NCBI GenBank assembly: GCA_000388065.2
Contig: KB932208.1
Strand: one strand, 5' to 3'
From: Fonticula alba ATCC 38817
Taxonomy: Eukaryota; Protista; Nucleariida
Length of the DNA: 28,073 nt
A program made the position numbers and the translations under genes. Under the pieces are notes generated by a model that had not been told where the DNA came from, ran no database searches, and saw only the letters and a program-made list of their open reading frames with translations. Shown in pieces: positions 1-11,210 of this stretch. How positions within the stretch are numbered: the first letter of the stretch is position 1; the number at the start of each line of letters is the position of its first letter.

Positions 1-197
1 GGGGGGGGGGGGGGGGGGGGGAACTGAGCCGAGCAGCGGAGGCCTGCTTTCCGTACCAAGCGCCAGCGCCTATCTTTCTCTGTCTTTTTCCCACTGCTTG
101 GGCTTTTCGCTGGCCGGGCGCCCCACATGGCGCGATGATGCACACCCGTGTGTTGACCCTGCCCTCGTTGTCTGGCCGCCTGCCTGCCGACCAAAAG

Positions 198-1995
198 ACT
201 TCTCCCTGCCTGGCGCGTACTACCACTGCACGCTGGATGTCACCGAGGCCGACTCGGCCGGGGTGTTCAGCTCGCGGATAAGCCTGCTTCGTGGGCACTT
301 TGCCCTGCTACGCGTATCTCGGAAGGTATGCACACATGAGCGCGCACATATGTGCACCTGCGGTTGCAGTTGCATTTGCACGGGCCCATCGGCCACCGGC
401 CGCGAGGTCTTGCATGTTGACCCTCCTTCCGTGTCCTCCCCCTGGTGCTGGGGCAATAGCGTTTCCCTCGCGGCGTCCGAGTCAGGGTTTGGCCAACACT
501 GGCGGCCGCCGATGCACCGACCCTGCGCTGCTTCCAGTTCCGGGACTCCGGGCTCATTGCCCTTGGCTCGGCCGAGTCCGGCCCTGGCACCCTGTCGGCG
601 ATGCTCGACGTGCATGTGGAGGTCCGCCATGCGACCGGGTCGCCTGCTCCTGGGGACATCCACGGCATCGGGTTTGTCCTTGGCGATGCCTCGGCCGCGG
701 TGGCCCTCAATCTGGAGAAGGTCCTCGACAATACTGGCCAGCTTGTGTGCGTGCCTGGCTCTGGGACTTGCCTGTCTTATTTTATCCCCCTCCCCTCCCC
801 CTTCGCTCGCGTTTCCTCTCTTTGGCCTCGTCCGCTCGACTGCCGGCCCTCTCCCTGACATGTCCCGTTACCTGCATATGCACATGCACACACGCATGCA
901 TACGCACACACACACACACACACACAACGACATGCAACGACACACACATAACAACACACAACACACACACACACTCATATACACAGTCCCAGGCCCGAGT
1001 CAAAGTCGCCTGCCAAGGAGAAGCCCACGCTGCCGGTTGCAACGACTGCCACGACCAATGCCCGTCGGCCCATTTCGCCCGCGTCGCCCATTTCGCCTGC
1101 TCGGGCGTCTCGAGAGCCGGCTGATCCTGCCCTGGACCCGGCTCGGGCGATTGCCGAGCTCCGACAAATCATCGCCCAGCATGAGAAGGTTCTCCACCAC
1201 TTGGCGGCGGCCACATTGTCCCTGGGCCCGGGGGCCGAGGACCCAACCTTCGAGCCGCCAAACCCGGCGGACGGGCGATCGCCCCTGGACCAGCTGTATG
1301 AGACGCTCAAGGCGCGCCAGCACTCGCGCGAGGCAACCTTCCTGGCCCGGCATCAGGGCTCGGGGGCCGAGCTGCTCGGCGCGACCCCGGCCACGGTCGA
1401 ACCCCCGGAGGGGCTACTCCAGCGGGCCCTGAGCGCCGTTCCACTTGGCGGCCTGCGTGAGTGGCTTGGTGGCAGGCTCGCCCCTCGGCACCCTCCGTCC
1501 GGGGGAAGCGCCATTTTCCTGTGCGGCGAGTGCGGCAGCACCCAGGGAGGCCCGATCGGCGGGCCGGGCTCCGGAGCAGGCCCCGGCGACACCACCAGCG
1601 CCGGGGGGCTGCTGGGGACCTTCTCCTCGTCGCTCTGGCTGCCCGGCTTCGGGAAGCACTACCCGACGCGGCGGCGCCCGGGCACCGCCGGCCCCGCCAT
1701 CCAGGGCGGCCCGGTGCCCGGGAATTGCCCGCACTGCGGGTGCCCGATAGCCGTCGGCCCCAACGGAGCGGCGGGCCCGCAGCCCTCGGCCTCGCTATCC
1801 ACGCATCGGCTCTTCGGCCTCGGGGCCACCGGGTCCCTCGAGGAGGAGGATCTGGCCCCCCTGCCGCTGATGCTGATGCTCATCGCCCTGGCAGCCTTGT
1901 TCGGGTATCTGGTGGGGGCGTGGATTGTCCGTCGCGGCGGGGGGGCCGGTGGAGCCGGGGTCGGAGCCGATCCCGGTGCCATTGCCAGCCACTAG
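198..1995 (+). CDS. Hypothetical tail-anchored membrane protein (C-terminal TM helix, two CxxC motifs, short coiled coil); 5' end uncertain or upstream of the window
   Basis: Hand-spliced exons ~198-325, 538-746, 987-1995. Donors GTATGC (326) and GTGCGT (747), CAG acceptors at 537 and 986, phases 0 and 2 keep one open frame to TAG 1993-1995. Hydrophobic segment LPLMLMLIALAALFGYLVGAWIV then RR near the C-terminus. The first acceptor (AAG at 195-197) is tentative. No family recognised. Confidence 0.6.
901..986 (+). repeat. Imperfect (CA)n-rich tract ending at the 3' splice site of gene 1 intron 747-986
   Basis: Directly visible: acacacacac...actcatatacacAG. Confidence 0.9.
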
Positions 1996-2634
1996 CGCAT
2001 GTCCCTCTCTCTCTCTCTCTCTCTTGTGATCCTTCTGCGCGCGCTTCGGCCGGCCGGCTGGCCGCAGCCGAGTGCGGAGAGTCGCGATCGCAGGTGGCCG
2101 TCCTCCCGGCTTTTTTTTCCCCCTCCTGCCCCTCGGCTGGCGACACCCTTGTGCCCCCTCTCCCGCGCGGAGACATACTATACGAGCCTTTCTTGGATGC
2201 GTTTGTGCATCTTTTTGCCTTCTCCCCCCTTGCCCTCCTGCCTTTCGGCCCCCAAGCCTGGCCGTCGTGGATGTACCACTGTGCAGATCCGGGCGGGAGC
2301 ATACACATGGAACTTGCTCGGGCGCATGCACGCATGCACCCTGCAAACGCGCGTGCTGTGCCGCATACCGGGGCAAGCCCGCTTGCTTCCCGGAGACAGG
2401 GAAATGGACAGGTGCACACATTTGCATACATACGGGCGCGGGGGGCGGGGGGGGGGGGGGGATATGCACGCGTGCAAATGAACACAGCCGCATTTGCGTG
2501 CCGACTTTTCATTCGGAGGATCTCAAGGACAAACAGGGGGGAGGGGGCCAGAGGGGAGAGAGAGAGAGAGAGGGGGGGGGGGGACAGATGACGGGGACCG
2601 GCCAAGGGAAGGCCACAGACCCGAGCGGGCCCTG

Positions 2635-3422
2635 CTACCACCCAAGATCGAAGTCTTCGTCCTGGTCGGCCAGGTAGGAGGTGGAGTCCGGGCTGCCATG
2701 CTGCGCGGCGGTGTCGCCGGTCGTCGGAGACACGGCGTCGTTCGCGGCATCCCCCTCGCCGGCAGGCGGCGATGGCCCCTCCCCGGGGGTGGGAGCATGC
2801 CCGGAAGCGGCCGGCTGGCCTGGCGCACCGGGCAGGTGCCCGGCGAAGCTGGAAGGGGTGCCCCCGAGCCCGGGACCAGGCGCCTCTTCGGCCGTCCAGT
2901 GGAATGTGCTTCCGGCGTCGCCGGGCGACGTGACCCCGCCCGGGGCCGGGCCACCGGGGCCCTCGGTGGCCAGCTGCCCGGACAGCTGCCGAAGCTCGTC
3001 CTCCTCCATGTCCGAATAGTCCGACTCGTGGTGATCGCCCTCCATGCCGTAGAACATGGCCATGACATCCGGATAAGCCTGGGCCGGAGGGTGCTGCGCG
3101 AGTGCCGAGCCTGCTGCCACCGTGGCCGAGGCCGAGCCATCGGCAAAGCCGGCATCCTCGGGAGCCTCGGTCGACTTGGCGGCGGCTGCGGCTGCGGCGG
3201 CGGCCGCGGCAGCGGCCGCCGCTTGCGACCCAGTATCCGTGGCCCCGCGGGCCGACGCCTCCAGAGTCATTTGCATGAGGCCCGAGATGGCCATCATATC
3301 GACCGTCGGATTGGGCGGCATATGCGGCGTGAAGGGGAGGTTGGGGTTGGACTTGGGTGGGGCGGTGCTCGTGTAGCTGACTCGATGCGAATAGGACACC
3401 AGGCTGTCGACGGTCATCTTGG

Positions 3423-3458
<36 letters not shown>

Positions 3459-4293
3459 ATGTGTGTGGATGTGTGTGGATGTGTGTGGATGTGTGTGGAT
3501 GTGTGTGGATGTGTGTGGGTGTGGATGTGGGTGTGCGTGCGGAGCTGGGATTAGCAAGGGGTACCCGAGGGCGCTGGACGGGGTCCAGCCTAAGGCACGG
3601 AGAAAGAGAGAGAGAGAGAGAGAGAAAGGGAGAGAGAAAAGGGGGACTGAGAGAAAAAACACGCACCCTTGGAAGCCATATCCATGAGGGCCAGGCTCTG
3701 CTGGGCCATTTCGGCATAGTGGTCCAGCTGCGTCTCAGATGAGTGGAGCAGTTGCAGGGCATTGACGATATCCCGCTCGGCTGATTGATACGCCTCCTCA
3801 ATCAGGTGAATGCGCCGTTGCATCATCTGGTGCAGGTGGACTGGGGAGGACGGCGAGCAGGAGGAGGGAATCAGAGCCGGAAGCCCGCCAACACCCCGGC
3901 CCGGGGACGGGGACAGGGACAGCCATGCCAAGGCCGGGCCCGGAGGCCAAAGAAGGGAGAAAACGCACGCTCATCGAGATCCCGCTGGAAGATGGAATCC
4001 ACCTCGACCAGGGCATCGGTCACACTCAGCACGCGGTGGGCGTTGGCCCCGATGGGTGCTGTGACAGTTCGGCTGCCGGCCGGGGTGAGCTCTGCCCGAG
4101 GTGCGGCGCTGTCCCTCCCATGCGGGGAGCCGACCCCAAGGGCAGCCCCGGTGGGTGCCGGCCGCGAGTCTGTCCCAGGATCCGCCGGGCCAACGCCCTG
4201 CGTCGCCAGGGTATTCACGGCCAGGATCAGCTCCTCGGCCAGCTTGGCATACGCGTCGAGGGACACCAACAGCCGTGTCTTCAGGTTGGCCAT
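2635..4293 (-). CDS. MED4: Mediator of RNA polymerase II transcription subunit 4
   Basis: Exons 4293-3969, 3840-3667, 3422-2635 total 1287 nt (428 aa); both donors GTGCGT, phases consistent. N-terminal helical/coiled-coil region followed by VDSLVSYSHRVSYTSTAPP...PFTPHMPPNPTVDMM, matching the MED4 pattern L-x-x-YAHRIS...AP...P-x-P-T-x-x-x-M. Confidence 0.85.
3424..3538. repeat. Compound microsatellite (TG)n plus (GTGTGTGGAT)x6 in MED4 intron 2, abutting the acceptor
   Basis: (TG)n from 3424, six 10-bp units at 3451-3510, degenerate copies to ~3538. Confidence 0.95.
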
Positions 4294-4405
4294 GGCGCTG
4301 GTGGAGCTGGCGGATGGAAGACACGAGGAGAGGCGCGGCGCACGTGCGAACGGAAGGGAGGGAGGAAAGCCGCGAGGGTAGGGGCCCGAGAGGGAGAGAG
4401 AGGGA

Positions 4406-4415
<10 letters not shown>

Positions 4416-4458
<43 letters not shown>
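4416..4458. repeat. (GA)n microsatellite upstream of the MED4 ATG; similar runs at ~2005-2023, 3602-3626, 5027-5060, 18476-18503, 21102-21135
   Basis: Directly visible dinucleotide runs. Confidence 0.95.
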
Positions 4459-4461
<3 letters not shown>

Positions 4462-5022
4462 AAGGGGGGGAGGGAGGCAGTGGGAGGGAAGGAAAGGAGG
4501 CGCAAGGGCGGGGCAAGGGGGGGGGGGGGGTTCCTGGGGTGGACTTCAAGGGCGGGGCGAAGCGGGCTGAGGGGCGGGGATGCTTTCGACCAGGCGAGGA
4601 ACCGGGGCGCGGAGTGGGGTGGAGGTCGCGCACCGGCCGAACGATCGTCGGGGGAGGTCGCCTTTAGACTAGTCGGGTCATGTGATCCGCGTCCGGCTAT
4701 TTTCCACACACATAAAATCCCCGCATCCATGGGAGTGGGCTGGGGGGAGAGGGGGGGGGGGGGATGGCGCAGGGGGCGACCAAAAGGCAGGGGGGAAGGG
4801 CTGGGCAAGATAAAAGTACAAGGACTACCATCCGGCGCAATGGGGCGAGGGGCAGTCTGAGGTGTGAGAGGGGAGGGACATCTCTGTGCGCAACCGGGAG
4901 GCGGTCGGGTGTTGGAAAGTGCGCGTGCGTGTGCGTGTGTATATGCTTGAACACACATGCACCGCGCACGCACGAGGGCAGGAAAAGAGGAGCAGCCAAT
5001 GTGAAAACGCCGGTAGCTGTGC

Positions 5023-5063
<41 letters not shown>

Positions 5064-5132
5064 CGACGTCAGGACGGCACAAGGCACAAGGAGAGCTGTG
5101 TGCGTGTTGACGAGCGCATGAGTGGGTTCCGC

Positions 5133-7320
5133 TCAGAGCTTCTGGTAGTCGAGCTTGGTCTCCAGCTGCTTGGCCTCGGCCAGCTTACGAGTGGCCTTCA
5201 TGAAGTCCTCCTGAATGACATAGTCGCGCTCATCACGGATGGCAAACATGCCGGCCTCGGTACAGATGTTCCGGAGATCGGCACCGTTGAAGCCGTCCGA
5301 CAGCTTGACAATGGCCTCGTAGTCTGAGAGAAGGAGCGCATGGGGAGAAGGAGAGGGAGAGAGAAAGCAGGGATGTCAGAAGGCGTGCGGGGGAGAGAGA
5401 GAGAGAGAGAGAGAGCCGGAGAACGTCCAGCCGTGCGCGTGTATGTTTGTCTTCAGATGTGCCCACACACAGGAGGCGGTAGAGGGAATGACGCACCAAT
5501 CTCCTCCTCGCCACGGGCAAGAACCGACGCATGAATGCGAAGGACATCCAGGCGGCCCTGCTCATTGGGCAGGGGGATCTCGATCTTGCGGTCCAGACGA
5601 CCAGGGCGCATGAGCGCCGGATCCAGGGTATCTGGCAAGTGAAGAAGAGGAGGAGGGGGGGGGGGGCAAGAGCCAAGGGAAGGATGAGTTAGTGGGAGCC
5701 GGAAGGGGCGGGGGCGGATGGCGGAATGGCAGACGAACCAGGACGGTTGGTGGCCATGATGATCTTCACCTGGCCAAGGACGTCGAAGCCGTCCATCTGG
5801 TTGAGGAGCTGGAAACAGGACAGACGAGGAGGGAAGAGGTTCGGGAGGGGGGGGGGGACATATGAGTCAACGAGATGGAGCGGGGCGCAAAAAAAAAAAG
5901 ACACATGCGCAGACATACCTCCATGAGGGTGCGCTGAATCTCACGATCGGCCGACGTGCCCTCGGAGAAACGCCGGCCACCAATGGCGTCGATCTCATCC
6001 ATGAAGATGATGCATGGCTGGTGGTCGCGAGCGTAGTCTGTGCAATGGGAAAGGCGGGGTCAGTGAACGGTCGGCTGCTAAGAGCAAGAGAGGGAGAGAG
6101 GGAGAGAGGGAGATGGAGGCACAAGGGGAGGGGCGAGCAAGGTCCCCCCCCCCCGCAAAAGGGGAGAATGGCGGCGCACCGAACATCTCACGGATCAGGC
6201 GGGCCGACTCGCCAATGTACTTGTCCACCAGGGCCGAGGACACGACCTTCAGGAAGTTGGCGTCGACATTGGACGCAATCGCACGAGCGATCAGGGTCTT
6301 GCCGGTACCGGGCGGGCCGTACAGGAGAACACCCTTGGGCGGCTTGATGCCCACGCGCAGGAAGAGGTCCGGGTTGTTGAGGGGAAGCTCGATGACCTGA
6401 AGCACACCCGGCAATCGGGGAAGCATGGAAGGGGGGCGCGAGAGACCGGGAAAGCGGTGGCGAAGGTGAGCCAAGCCGGAGGGGGAGGAGTGCTGCAGAA
6501 GGCAAGGGTGACGCACTTCGCGAATCTCGCGGATCTGCTCCTGCAGACCACCGACGGCGCTGTATGGCACGTCACCGGGATCCTCAACGGCCATGTTGTA
6601 CACAAGAGGGTCGACCTCACGAGGCAGCTGAGAAGGGCCCGCCACCGGGGGGGGTATAGAAACGCACAGACGAAGGGGGGGGCGGGGGGGATGGCCAGTC
6701 AGCGGGGCGAGGTGGCGGGCTGGTGGGGGGGGAAACACCGTGGGAAGGGATGATGACGGCCCGCAAGCCGGCAGCAAGTACCTTCTTCATGATGGTCAGA
6801 GTGGTCATGTCCAGAGACACGCGCGTGCCCTGGGTGAGCTTGGTCTTGTCGATGCGGGTCCGGCAGCCAACCACATAGCGCGGGCCGTTGGAAGCCTTGA
6901 CGATGACTGGGCGCGCGGGGCAGGTGTGTCAGGAGCAAGCGGCAAGAGGAAGATGGCCCAGGCAGGGAGGCAGACGCACAGCGCTCATCGTCAAGCTGCT
7001 TCAGCACCTCGCCGACGATCTGACCGACGGACTGCAGGGCCTTCAGGTCATTCTCCGACTTGTTGATGTCGCGCTCGAGACGGTCATTCTCGGCGCGGAC
7101 TGCCAGCGCGAGGGGAGGAAGAGCACACCAAGGGGGCCGGGCGGGAGAAGGGTCAGAGAACGCTCGAGGAGAGAGGGGTGGTTTTGGAGGAAGGGGGCGA
7201 GGGGGGAGGGGCAAGGAAAGCCGGTCGGAGAGACGCACGCGTCTGGAAGCGCGAGCTGACACGCTCATAGCGGTTCTTCGAATCGGTGAACTTGTTCAAG
7301 AGCGCGGCACGGTCGGACAT
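5133..7320 (-). CDS. RPT4: 26S proteasome regulatory AAA-ATPase subunit RPT4 (PSMC6/SUG2)
   Basis: Nine exons: 7320-7263, 7099-6980, 6906-6782, 6627-6517, 6396-6180, 6037-5919, 5808-5739, 5631-5497, 5323-5133 total 1146 nt (381 aa). RPT4-type [20 protein letters not shown], Walker A GPPGTGKT, pore loop KYIGE, Walker [18 protein letters not shown]-terminus KLDYQKL. Confidence 0.97.
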
Positions 7321-8740
7321 CTTCTCTTCTTCTTGGTGTTCGGCCGGGGATCGCTGGCCACGACATCACGCGAACCGGGCCGGAGGAAGGCGGGAGGGTC
7401 AGTCGCGCGTGGGAGGCAACAGGGGCAGCAAGACAGGCCCAGGGGATGAGCGGAGGAGGGCGAGGGGGGCGGCGGGCGGGGGAGGGAAANNNNNNNNNNN
7501 NNNNNNNNNNNNNNNNNNNNNNNNNNNNNNNNNNNNNNNNNNNNNNNNNNNNGGGGGGGAGGGAGTGGCGGAGAGTGCTGTTAAGGAGCGCCTCCGCAGC
7601 GGGAAGAGCGAACGACAACAGCCAGTGAAAAACCCGCCCCCCACCACCCGCCGGGGGTGGGGGAGCGGGGGGGCGGGGGGGGGGGAAGAACGACGAAAAA
7701 AGAGAACGCCGGGGGGGAACGCAAATCTGGCGCAACGACGGGAGCCGGTATCGGGATGAACAGCCCGCCGAGTCCCCACCTCCGGTCGTGCTATTCCCCG
7801 GGCGTTGCTAGATTTTTCTTTTCCAACCCAAGCAGGTGTGGCGACGCCCCGGGCAAGGCCCGCACCAGGTGTGCTCCCCCGATCGCCGCGGCCCCTGGAA
7901 ATGTCACACCGGCGCCTGCTGCTGCCACCGCGCCGGGACAGGCAGGGGGGCCGGCGGGAGGGAGGGCAGATCTGCGCGCCCAGCCTGGCCATTGGCCACC
8001 GGGGGGTGCCGTGTCGCGTCCGGAGGGAAGGTGATGGCACGGCGGGATGTGCGTGTGTGTGTGTGTGTGTGTGTCTGTCGAAGCGGGTGGACACGGGGGG
8101 GGGGGGGCGGACATCGACTGGCACCTGAGCACAAAAGTCTACGTGTACATATTCGGAAGATAGAGTCTATTTTGTGTTGGGTACAATCACCCGCGCCGGG
8201 CAGGTCTCATGCTCCTCTCTCCTGAGCGCTTTGTGTGTGCGTGTGTGCGAGGGGGGGTCCTTCACCCTGCCCCCTCCCCCCGGGATACATGGATGGAGGA
8301 GGGGGGGGGGGGATGCGGACGCGTCTGTCGGGGAAAAGGGGTATGGGGTCTTCTGACAAGATGATTTTCGCCAGCTGGCGAGCCGAAAATTGGCAGCCGA
8401 AACCCTCCTGTCATTGGGGCCAAACACCATTCGGATCTACTAATGTAGAGTTGGTGGATGTTACGTTGGGGGCTGGGCCGGGGCTGGAGAGGAGTGGTGG
8501 GAGCTGGCATGCGCGCGCGCGCGCATGTGCATGCGTAGGGCCTGCCCCCCCTCCTTCCGCAGGAGGTCGCGTGCACGTACACACCCACACACACAGACAC
8601 ACACACACGCAGGCCCCTATGCGCAAATGCGTCGGAGAGATGCAGGGGAGAGGGAAAAAAAGAGGAAATGGGGAAATGGGCAAGAAGGGAGGCGCGCGCA
8701 TGACCACGTCCGCCGTGTGGGTGCTGCTTGGCCGGCGATC

Positions 8741-9072
8741 TCAGAGAAGGGCATTGAAGTGGCGGCGGTTGTGAGAAGTGGACATGATCGGCTGCTGGAT
8801 CTTGACCATGGGGCTGCCGTTGTGACTCCGGAGGAACTGAATGGGAGTGTGGTGGCAAAGCGCACGAGGGGAAACGAGAAGCGGGAGGAGAGGAGAAGGC
8901 CAAGGTCAGGGTGGCGGATGCAGATGCGAAAGATTGCGAAGAGGATGATGCCGGCCAGAGGGAGGGAGAGGCAGGAAAGAAGGGCGCAGTTCTCCCGCAC
9001 CATCATGAACTCATGAACCTTCTCCTCGGGGAGGTTCTTGACACCGATGGACTTCTGAGAGCCGTTCACTGA

Positions 9073-9141
<69 letters not shown>

Positions 9142-9596
9142 GCAATGCGAGAGGAGAGGAGGGAGGCGGGTCAATCATCAGAACAGGCGGCAATAAGATC
9201 ATAGACAGGGCCCCAGAGGTGGCATATCGGCAACCGGTGAGGGAGGAGTGGCGACGTACGATACTCGGCACGAATGAACGGATGCGCGCAAGGACGGTGG
9301 TTGACAGCGATCACAATGGAGGGGTTCTGGCGCGCAAACTCCACAATGTGCTCGTTGATGTAGTTGCTGTGACAGAGGGGGGGGGGGGGGGAAGCAATGC
9401 CAAGTCAGCGAAAGGGGAGAACGAAGGATACAACGCACAGGGGGGGGTGGAAGAAAAAAACGAACCGGACAAAGCGGCTGCTGCCAGAGTGCTTGCAGAA
9501 GTTGATCATGATCTTGTGGCAGGGCTGAACGAAGGCGCCAGTGCCGTTCTTGATGACGGCGGTGGCGGCCTTCTTGGCAGCAGCGATGGAGCTCAT
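8741..9596 (-). CDS. MRPL43: Mitochondrial large ribosomal subunit protein mL43 (MRPL43 / yeast Mrpl51 family)
   Basis: Exons 9596-9466, 9366-9260, 9068-9001, 8836-8741 total 402 nt (133 aa): MSSIAAAKKAATAVIKNGTGAFVQPCHKIMINFCKHSGSSRFVRNYINEHIVEFARQNPSI...HPFIRAEYLNGSQKSIGVKNL...FLRSHNG. The motifs NGxGxFV, FCxxxGSS, FAxxNP, HPxxRAEYxNG and VKNL match the mL43 family. Confidence 0.87.
9073..9141. repeat. (ATG)n / (CAT)n trinucleotide repeat, ~23 copies, in MRPL43 intron 2 adjacent to the acceptor
   Basis: Directly visible. The sense strand reads ...catcatcattcAG|TGAACGGC. Confidence 0.95.
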
Positions 9597-9757
9597 GGTG
9601 TATATGTAAAGGCGGGAGCTGCGAGGGGGGTCAGGAAGATCCGGACTGGAAGGCGGAGTGGAGCGGGGAGAAGGAGGAGAGGGGGAGAGGGGGAGAGGGA
9701 GGAAGGAAAGAGGGAGGAGAGGGAGAGAAAACAGGTCGGGCGAAACGGGAGAGGCGA

Positions 9758-9811
9758 GACAGGCAGCGGAAGAGGGACAGGCAGCGGAAGAGGGACAGGC
9801 AGCGGAAGAGG
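9758..9811. repeat. Perfect 18-bp tandem repeat x3 (GACAGGCAGCGGAAGAGG)
   Basis: Three identical units at 9758, 9776 and 9794 with no spacers. Confidence 0.95.
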
Positions 9812-9819
9812 GTAGGTAC

Positions 9820-11210
9820 GGGGAGCGAGGGGGCAAAGGTGCGGCCGTCTGACCAGGGCAGGAGGGGAGATGGAGGGGGATGGCTGAAGTGTGGAGATGT
9901 GCCAGGGCCTGAATGCATCCCTTTGAGAGTCAAAAGAGGAGCCAATGCACCAGGGGTGGCCGTGCGCTCGACTCGCCGCAAGTCGAGGGGGATCCGAAAG
10001 GCGGCCTCCCCCGTGCCCCCTCCCTCTCTCTCTCTCGGCTCCCAAGAAGAAGTCCGTGCGTGTGTGTCTGCGGGCACGGGCGCCGGCCCCCGGGCCGGGG
10101 GGGGGGGGGGGGGGAGATCCCAGGCACACAGACCGGGGCGCCAGCACGGGACACTTCACGTGAGACTGGCCCGGCGCCGGGATGGTGTCCGATCGCAGAT
10201 CCGGGTGTCAGTCCAGCGCCGGGCATCATGTGCCATACGCGCGGGCGTGCGCGCGCGCGCGCGCCCTTGGCGGCGAGCTTTCCGGACCGGGCTTCCGTTC
10301 CCCGCCGTGGGCGCAGGCCTCCCCGCCGGAGGAGGAAGGGCGGCGGGCCAGGGCAGTTGGGCTCTCACGTTCGCGCGTGTCGCCGGGTCGGCGAGCCTTA
10401 CCGTGTCCCCTGGGAGCCGGCTTCCACGGAGCCAAGCTGGGCCCCGTGCGACCGGGGGCCGCCGAGCGGCAGGCTGGTGTCCCGGTGAGCTCGCACCCCC
10501 GCCGCCCACAGCAGGCGGGCCGGGGGGGGGGGCAGGTAACCGAAAGGCGGAGCAGCAGCACTTTTGACCAGCCATGTGACACATTCCGGCGGCGCCGCGG
10601 CGTCGCCCCGCGCCCCACAGATCTACGGCAGCCCACAAGTGCGTGTGGGATGGGGAACAAGCGCCGGCGTGGCTGGCGGGAGCCGGGAGTTCCCAGCCCC
10701 CTTCTCGTCGGGGCCGACACTTGGGCGTGGGCGTGGGCGCGCGCGCGCGCGCGCGGCAGGGACAGGGCTGGCACCGAGCCGCGGCTCGCCGGCTCAGCCA
10801 ATGGCTCAGATGCCCGCGGTGGCGGACACATTCTCTGTGCTCTCCCGGGGGAGCCGGCCCACGGGTAAGGGGGCCGGGCAGGCGCACGCCCCCCCCCCAC
10901 CTTCCCCTTTTTTTCTCCCCCCTTTTTTTTTTTTCGGGGGGGCCGCCCCCCCCCCCCCCCCCCCCCCCGCCCCCCCTGCCCGGCACAGATACACGCTGCC
11001 CTCCTCCTCCTCCTCCCCCATCCGAGGGGCCCCTGATCTGATGGCCTGGCGGGCCCGGCCCGAGCCGACCGCGCCCAAACGCCCACGGCACAGCCTCCTC
11101 CCCCTCCCCCCCCCCCCCTCCGCCCCACCACTCCCGCCCACGCCGCCCCCCGTCCGCCCGAGTGCATCTCTCTCCCCCTCTCGGCACTTGGACCCGGAGC
11201 TGTGTGCAGG
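9820..11210. promoter_or_regulatory. Candidate divergent promoter region between MRPL43 (-) and gene 5 (+)
   Basis: Head-to-head gene geometry. AGCCAATG at 9940 and 10796, TCACGTGA at 10156, CATGTGAC at 10573, (GC)n runs at 10249 and 10737, and a G-rich to C-rich strand switch near 10880. Motif function is inferred. Confidence 0.35.

Noticed and set aside
4678-4685. E-box/CLEAR-like TCATGTGA (also CACGTG at 27691)
   Set aside because: Hexamer matches are expected by chance at this GC content; kept only as supporting context.
2494-4860. Long + strand ORFs antisense to MED4
   Set aside because: Shadow frames including translated (TG)n and (GA)n repeats.
7725-7760. tRNA A-box-like TGGCGCAACG
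   Set aside because: No B box (GTTCRA) or cloverleaf downstream.
8617-9174. ORF with a poly-His run
   Set aside because: The His run is the intronic (CAT)n repeat of MRPL43 intron 2; only 9068-9001 is coding in that frame.
9758-9811. CRISPR-like direct repeats
   Set aside because: Units are adjacent with no spacers, the DNA is eukaryotic and no cas genes are present.
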